From: Candidatus Hydrogenedentota bacterium
GTDB lineage: Bacteria > Hydrogenedentota > Hydrogenedentia > Hydrogenedentales > SLHB01
Length of the DNA: 10,850 bases
Reading direction: 5' to 3'
Assembly (NCBI GenBank): GCA_034408725.1
Contig: JAWXCN010000145.1
Span: 1 to 10,850 of the forward strand
The notes beneath the pieces are model-generated. The model did not search any database. It had not been told where the DNA came from and worked only from the letters and a program-made list of their open reading frames with translations. This document shows positions 7,891 to 10,850 of this stretch, in pieces. The position numbers and the translations under genes were made by a program. How positions within the stretch are numbered: position 1 is the stretch's first letter; each line of letters begins with the position of its first letter.

Positions 7891-8385
7891 ATGCCGATGG
7901 ATTTAAGCAATATCACGCTCGCCCCTGGCGCGCGAAAGGCCCGCAAACGCAAAGGGCGCGGCGTCGGTTCCGGCAACGGCAAGACTGCCGGCCGAGGCCA
8001 CAAGGGCGCGCGCGCGCGTTCCGGTTACAAACAGAAGGCCGGGCACGAAGGCGGTCAGACGCCCCTTGCCCGCAGGCTGCCGAAAGTCGGGTTTAACCAC
8101 GCGACCCGCTTTCCGATGGCGATCGTGAATCTGGATGAATTGGATAAGGCGTTCGACGCGGGAGCGGATGTAACGCCGGAATCGCTGTTGGAAGCCAAGT
8201 TGATCAAGCCGCTCAAGGGAGGGGTGAAAATCCTCGGCCGCGGTGAGATAACGAAAAAGCTCAGCGTCAGGGCCAATGCCGTGAGCGGTAGCGCGCGCGA
8301 GAAGATCGAAGCCGCGGGCGGCGCCGTCGAAGTCCTCGAATTAAAAACGTACGGGCGCCCGAACAAGCCCGTCAAGCGCGTCTGA
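7891..8385 (+). CDS. rplO: 50S ribosomal protein L15 (uL15), 164 aa
   Basis: Contains RKGRGVGSGNGKTAGRGHKG..ARSG, EGGQTPL.RRLPK.GF, VKILG.GE and A.EKIEAAGG. The ATG at 7891 is 7 nt after AAGGA; an alternative ATG is at 7897. Confidence 0.97.
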   Translation: MPMDLSNITLAPGARKARKRKGRGVGSGNGKTAGRGHKGARARSGYKQKAGHEGGQTPLARRLPKVGFNHATRFPMAIVNLDELDKAFDAGADVTPESLLEAKLIKPLKGGVKILGRGEITKKLSVRANAVSGSAREKIEAAGGAVEVLELKTYGRPNKPVKRV

Positions 8386-8398
8386 GGGACGAGTAACG

Positions 8399-9739
8399 AT
8401 GTCCGCCGCAATGGAAGCGTTCCGGAACGCGTTCCGGATACCGGAACTGAAGAGCCGGATAATTTTTACGCTGGTGATGCTCGGCATCTACCGGTTAGGC
8501 GCACATGTGCCAACACCGGGCATTAACGGCGGCGCGTTGGCGAAGATGATGGAAGGCGCGGGCGGGCTCTTCGGCTTCTACGATATGTTTACCGGAGGCG
8601 CATTCCAGCAGGCCACCATCTTTGCGCTCGGCATCATGCCGTACATCAGCGCATCGATTATCATTCAGTTGCTTGTGGTTGTCATTCCCACGCTGGAGAA
8701 ACTGTCAAAAGAAGGCGCTGAAGGTCAAAAGAAGATCACGGAATACACACGCTACGGCACGATACTGCTCTGCATCATTCAATCCATCACCGTGGCGTCT
8801 TGGCTTCAAAGCATGAATGCCGAATCCGAAGTGCCGATTGTCAGCAACCCCGGCATAGGTTTTTACTTCATTTGCGTGGTTGCGTTCACGACCGGCACTG
8901 CATTTATCATGTGGCTGGGCGAACAAATCAGTGAATACGGCATCGGCAATGGAATGTCGCTGATTATCTTCGCGGGCATTGCCGCGGGCATTCCAAACTC
9001 GCTCATGCTGCTGGGTCAATCGGTGCGCGCGGGCATGATCAACTGGATCATGGTTTTATTTCTATTCGCGGTCATGGTTGCGGTTGTGGCAGGCGTTATT
9101 CTAATCACCACGGCGCAACGCCGGATTCCGGTGCAGTATCCGCGCCAGGTGAAGGGCCGCAAGATGACGGGCGGCGCGAAGACCTATTTGCCGTTGCGCG
9201 TTAATCAGGCGGGCGTGATTCCGATCATTTTCGCGAGTTCATTGCTCATGCTCCCGCAGATGATCGGGGGGGCGCTCCAAAGTCCGGCGATAGACAATTT
9301 TTTCCAGACATATTTTGATTATTACAGCTTTGCGTACAATGCCGTGTATGCCCTGCTGATTATTTTCTTCTGCTTTTTCTATACCGCCATCACGTTCAAC
9401 CCGATTGAAATGGCCGAGAACATGAAGAAATACGGCGGCGTTATCATGGGCGTTCGCCCTGGCAAGGCAACCGCGGAATACCTGCAAAAGGTGATGACGC
9501 GTGTTACGGTTGTAGGCTCTTTTTTTCTTGCGGGAATCGCGTTGCTGCCGACGCTGGTGCAGGGGCAGATACCGGCGCTGACGGGTGAGGTCGCCAGCTT
9601 TTTTGGTGGCACGAGTTTGCTAATTCTGGTTGGTGTTGCGCTTGACACGGTCCGTCAAGTCGAGACGCACCTGACCATGCGCAATTACGATGGGTTCCTG
9701 GGTGGAGGCACACGGCGCGTTCGCGGCCGGCGTTTTTAG
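8399..9739 (+). CDS. secY: Preprotein translocase subunit SecY
   Basis: Contains IYRLGAHVPTPGIN, IFALGIMPYISASIIIQLL, WLGEQI...GIGNGMSLIIF.GI, YLPLRVNQAGVIPIIFA, GVRPGK.T..YL and GGTSLLILVGVALD, with multiple hydrophobic segments. An alternative ATG is at 8411. Confidence 0.99.
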   Translation: MSAAMEAFRNAFRIPELKSRIIFTLVMLGIYRLGAHVPTPGINGGALAKMMEGAGGLFGFYDMFTGGAFQQATIFALGIMPYISASIIIQLLVVVIPTLEKLSKEGAEGQKKITEYTRYGTILLCIIQSITVASWLQSMNAESEVPIVSNPGIGFYFICVVAFTTGTAFIMWLGEQISEYGIGNGMSLIIFAGIAAGIPNSLMLLGQSVRAGMINWIMVLFLFAVMVAVVAGVILITTAQRRIPVQYPRQVKGRKMTGGAKTYLPLRVNQAGVIPIIFASSLLMLPQMIGGALQSPAIDNFFQTYFDYYSFAYNAVYALLIIFFCFFYTAITFNPIEMAENMKKYGGVIMGVRPGKATAEYLQKVMTRVTVVGSFFLAGIALLPTLVQGQIPALTGEVASFFGGTSLLILVGVALDTVRQVETHLTMRNYDGFLGGGTRRVRGRRF

Positions 9740-9784
9740 CGCTTGCCGGGGCATGCCGCGACCGAAGTACGCGAGGACCGGGAA

Positions 9785-10453
9785 TTGCGAATCGTGTTAC
9801 TCGGCGGGCCTGGCGCCGGAAAAGGAACGCAGGCAATGCGGATTTCCGACAAGTTCGGAATTCCGCATATCTCGACGGGAGCGTTTTTTCGCGACCAGCT
9901 CGAGCGCAACACGGATTTGGGACAGCGCATCCGGAAGTACATGGAAACCGGATCGCTTGTGCCGGACGAGTTGACGTGCGAGGTGGTCGAAGACCGCTTG
10001 AAGCAGGATGATTGCCGGGCCGGGTATGTACTCGACGGGTTTCCGCGTTCACTGCCGCAAGCGCGCATTTTGGACCAGATGCTGGCCAAGCGCGGCGAGC
10101 GGCTTGATTTAGCGATAGATTTGGAAGTGCCGGACGACGAGATCGTGAATCGCCTTACAGCGCGAAGAATGTGTCCCGTCTGTGGTAAGATATACAATTT
10201 GAAGTTTAACCCCCCAGCGTCGGACGGAGGTATTTGCGACCGGCCGGCATGCACGGGGCAATTGGTGACCAGGTCAGATGACCGTGAAGAAACGGTGCGC
10301 GCGCGCCTCGGAATCTATCACGAGATGACCGCGCCGATTATCGAGTATTACACCGGGCATAGGCTCTTGCGTTCAGTCGAAGGCGACTCGCTGGGACCGG
10401 ACGGTGTGTTTAAGAGAGTTGAATCGATTTTGAGCGGTTTGAAACGCGTATAG
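9785..10453 (+). CDS. adk: Adenylate kinase (long form, Cys-rich LID), 222 aa
   Basis: Contains the P-loop GGPGAGKGTQA, IPHISTG, GSLVPDE, GYVLDGFPR and RSDD. The TTG at 9785 lies 7 nt after GAGGA and gives the canonical MRIVLLG N-terminus; the ORF-track start at 9743 is likely an over-extension. Confidence 0.96.
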   Translation: MRIVLLGGPGAGKGTQAMRISDKFGIPHISTGAFFRDQLERNTDLGQRIRKYMETGSLVPDELTCEVVEDRLKQDDCRAGYVLDGFPRSLPQARILDQMLAKRGERLDLAIDLEVPDDEIVNRLTARRMCPVCGKIYNLKFNPPASDGGICDRPACTGQLVTRSDDREETVRARLGIYHEMTAPIIEYYTGHRLLRSVEGDSLGPDGVFKRVESILSGLKRV

Positions 10454-10457
10454 CGCA

Positions 10458-10850
10458 ATGATTCCGATTAAGACGGAAAACGAAATTGCGCTGCTTCGCG
10501 AGGCGAACCAGATCGTCGCCGAAGTATTGGTGACGCTGGCGGCCTTGGTGAAGCCCGGCGTGACGACTGGCGCGCTTGACGAGGAAGCCGCGCGGCTCAT
10601 CCGCGCGTATGGGGCCAAGCCGTCGTTTCTTGGGTACCACGGGTATCCGAAAAACACGTGCATATCCGTGGAAGACCAGATTATCCACGGTATACCCGGG
10701 AAGCGAAAGCTGGGCAATGGCGAAATCGTGAGCATTGACGTTGGCGTAAAACATCGCGGCTACTTCGGCGACGCCGCGGTCACCGTCGCGTGCGGAACGA
10801 TTGACGATACGCGGCGCAAGCTGATGGATGCGACTGATTTGGCCTTGTCC
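10458..10850 (+). CDS. map: Type I methionine aminopeptidase, 5' portion (runs off the window)
   Basis: Translated by hand because it is not in the ORF track: MIPIKTENEIALLREANQIVAEVL...VKPGVTT..LD...GAKPSFLGYHGYPKNTCISVEDQIIHGIPG.RKL.NGEIVSIDVGV...GYFGDAAVT. No stop in 131 codons; secY-adk-map synteny. Confidence 0.97.
   Translation, partial: MIPIKTENEIALLREANQIVAEVLVTLAALVKPGVTTGALDEEAARLIRAYGAKPSFLGYHGYPKNTCISVEDQIIHGIPGKRKLGNGEIVSIDVGVKHRGYFGDAAVTVACGTIDDTRRKLMDATDLALS

Noticed and set aside
9740..9784. Possible terminator in the secY-adk spacer
   Set aside because: There is no strong hairpin followed by a U-tract; the T-run at 9733-9737 is secY coding sequence and its stop codon.
10100..10453. 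Somewhat more AT-rich codons (AGA, ATA, TTA, AGG) in the 3' half of adk
   Set aside because: This is consistent with weaker codon selection than in r-protein genes; synteny is intact and I see no sign of an insertion.

Overview
This window is the core ribosomal protein superoperon (S10 then spc) of a GC-rich bacterium, entirely on the + strand. The gene order is: 3' end of rplC, rplD, rplW, rplB, rpsS, rplV, rpsC, rplP, rpmC, rpsQ, rplN, rplX, rplE, rpsN (Zn-binding type Z), rpsH, rplF, rplR, rpsE, rplO, secY, adk and the 5' part of map. It is mostly ordinary housekeeping DNA, and I see no mobile element, CRISPR array, RNA gene or novel multi-gene system. Four departures stand out. (1) The first ~105 nt are not rplC: they encode a glycerophosphodiester phosphodiesterase (GDPD)-like segment fused in frame to the last ~32 codons of L3, most likely a chimeric contig end or misassembly. 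(2) rpmD (uL30) is cleanly absent between rpsE and rplO. (3) Two unusually long spacers (rplX-rplE and rplR-rpsE) contain hairpins and are candidate cis-regulatory RNAs. (4) Adk has a zinc-finger LID with atypical spacing. All protein calls come from recognising motifs by eye; no database searches were run.
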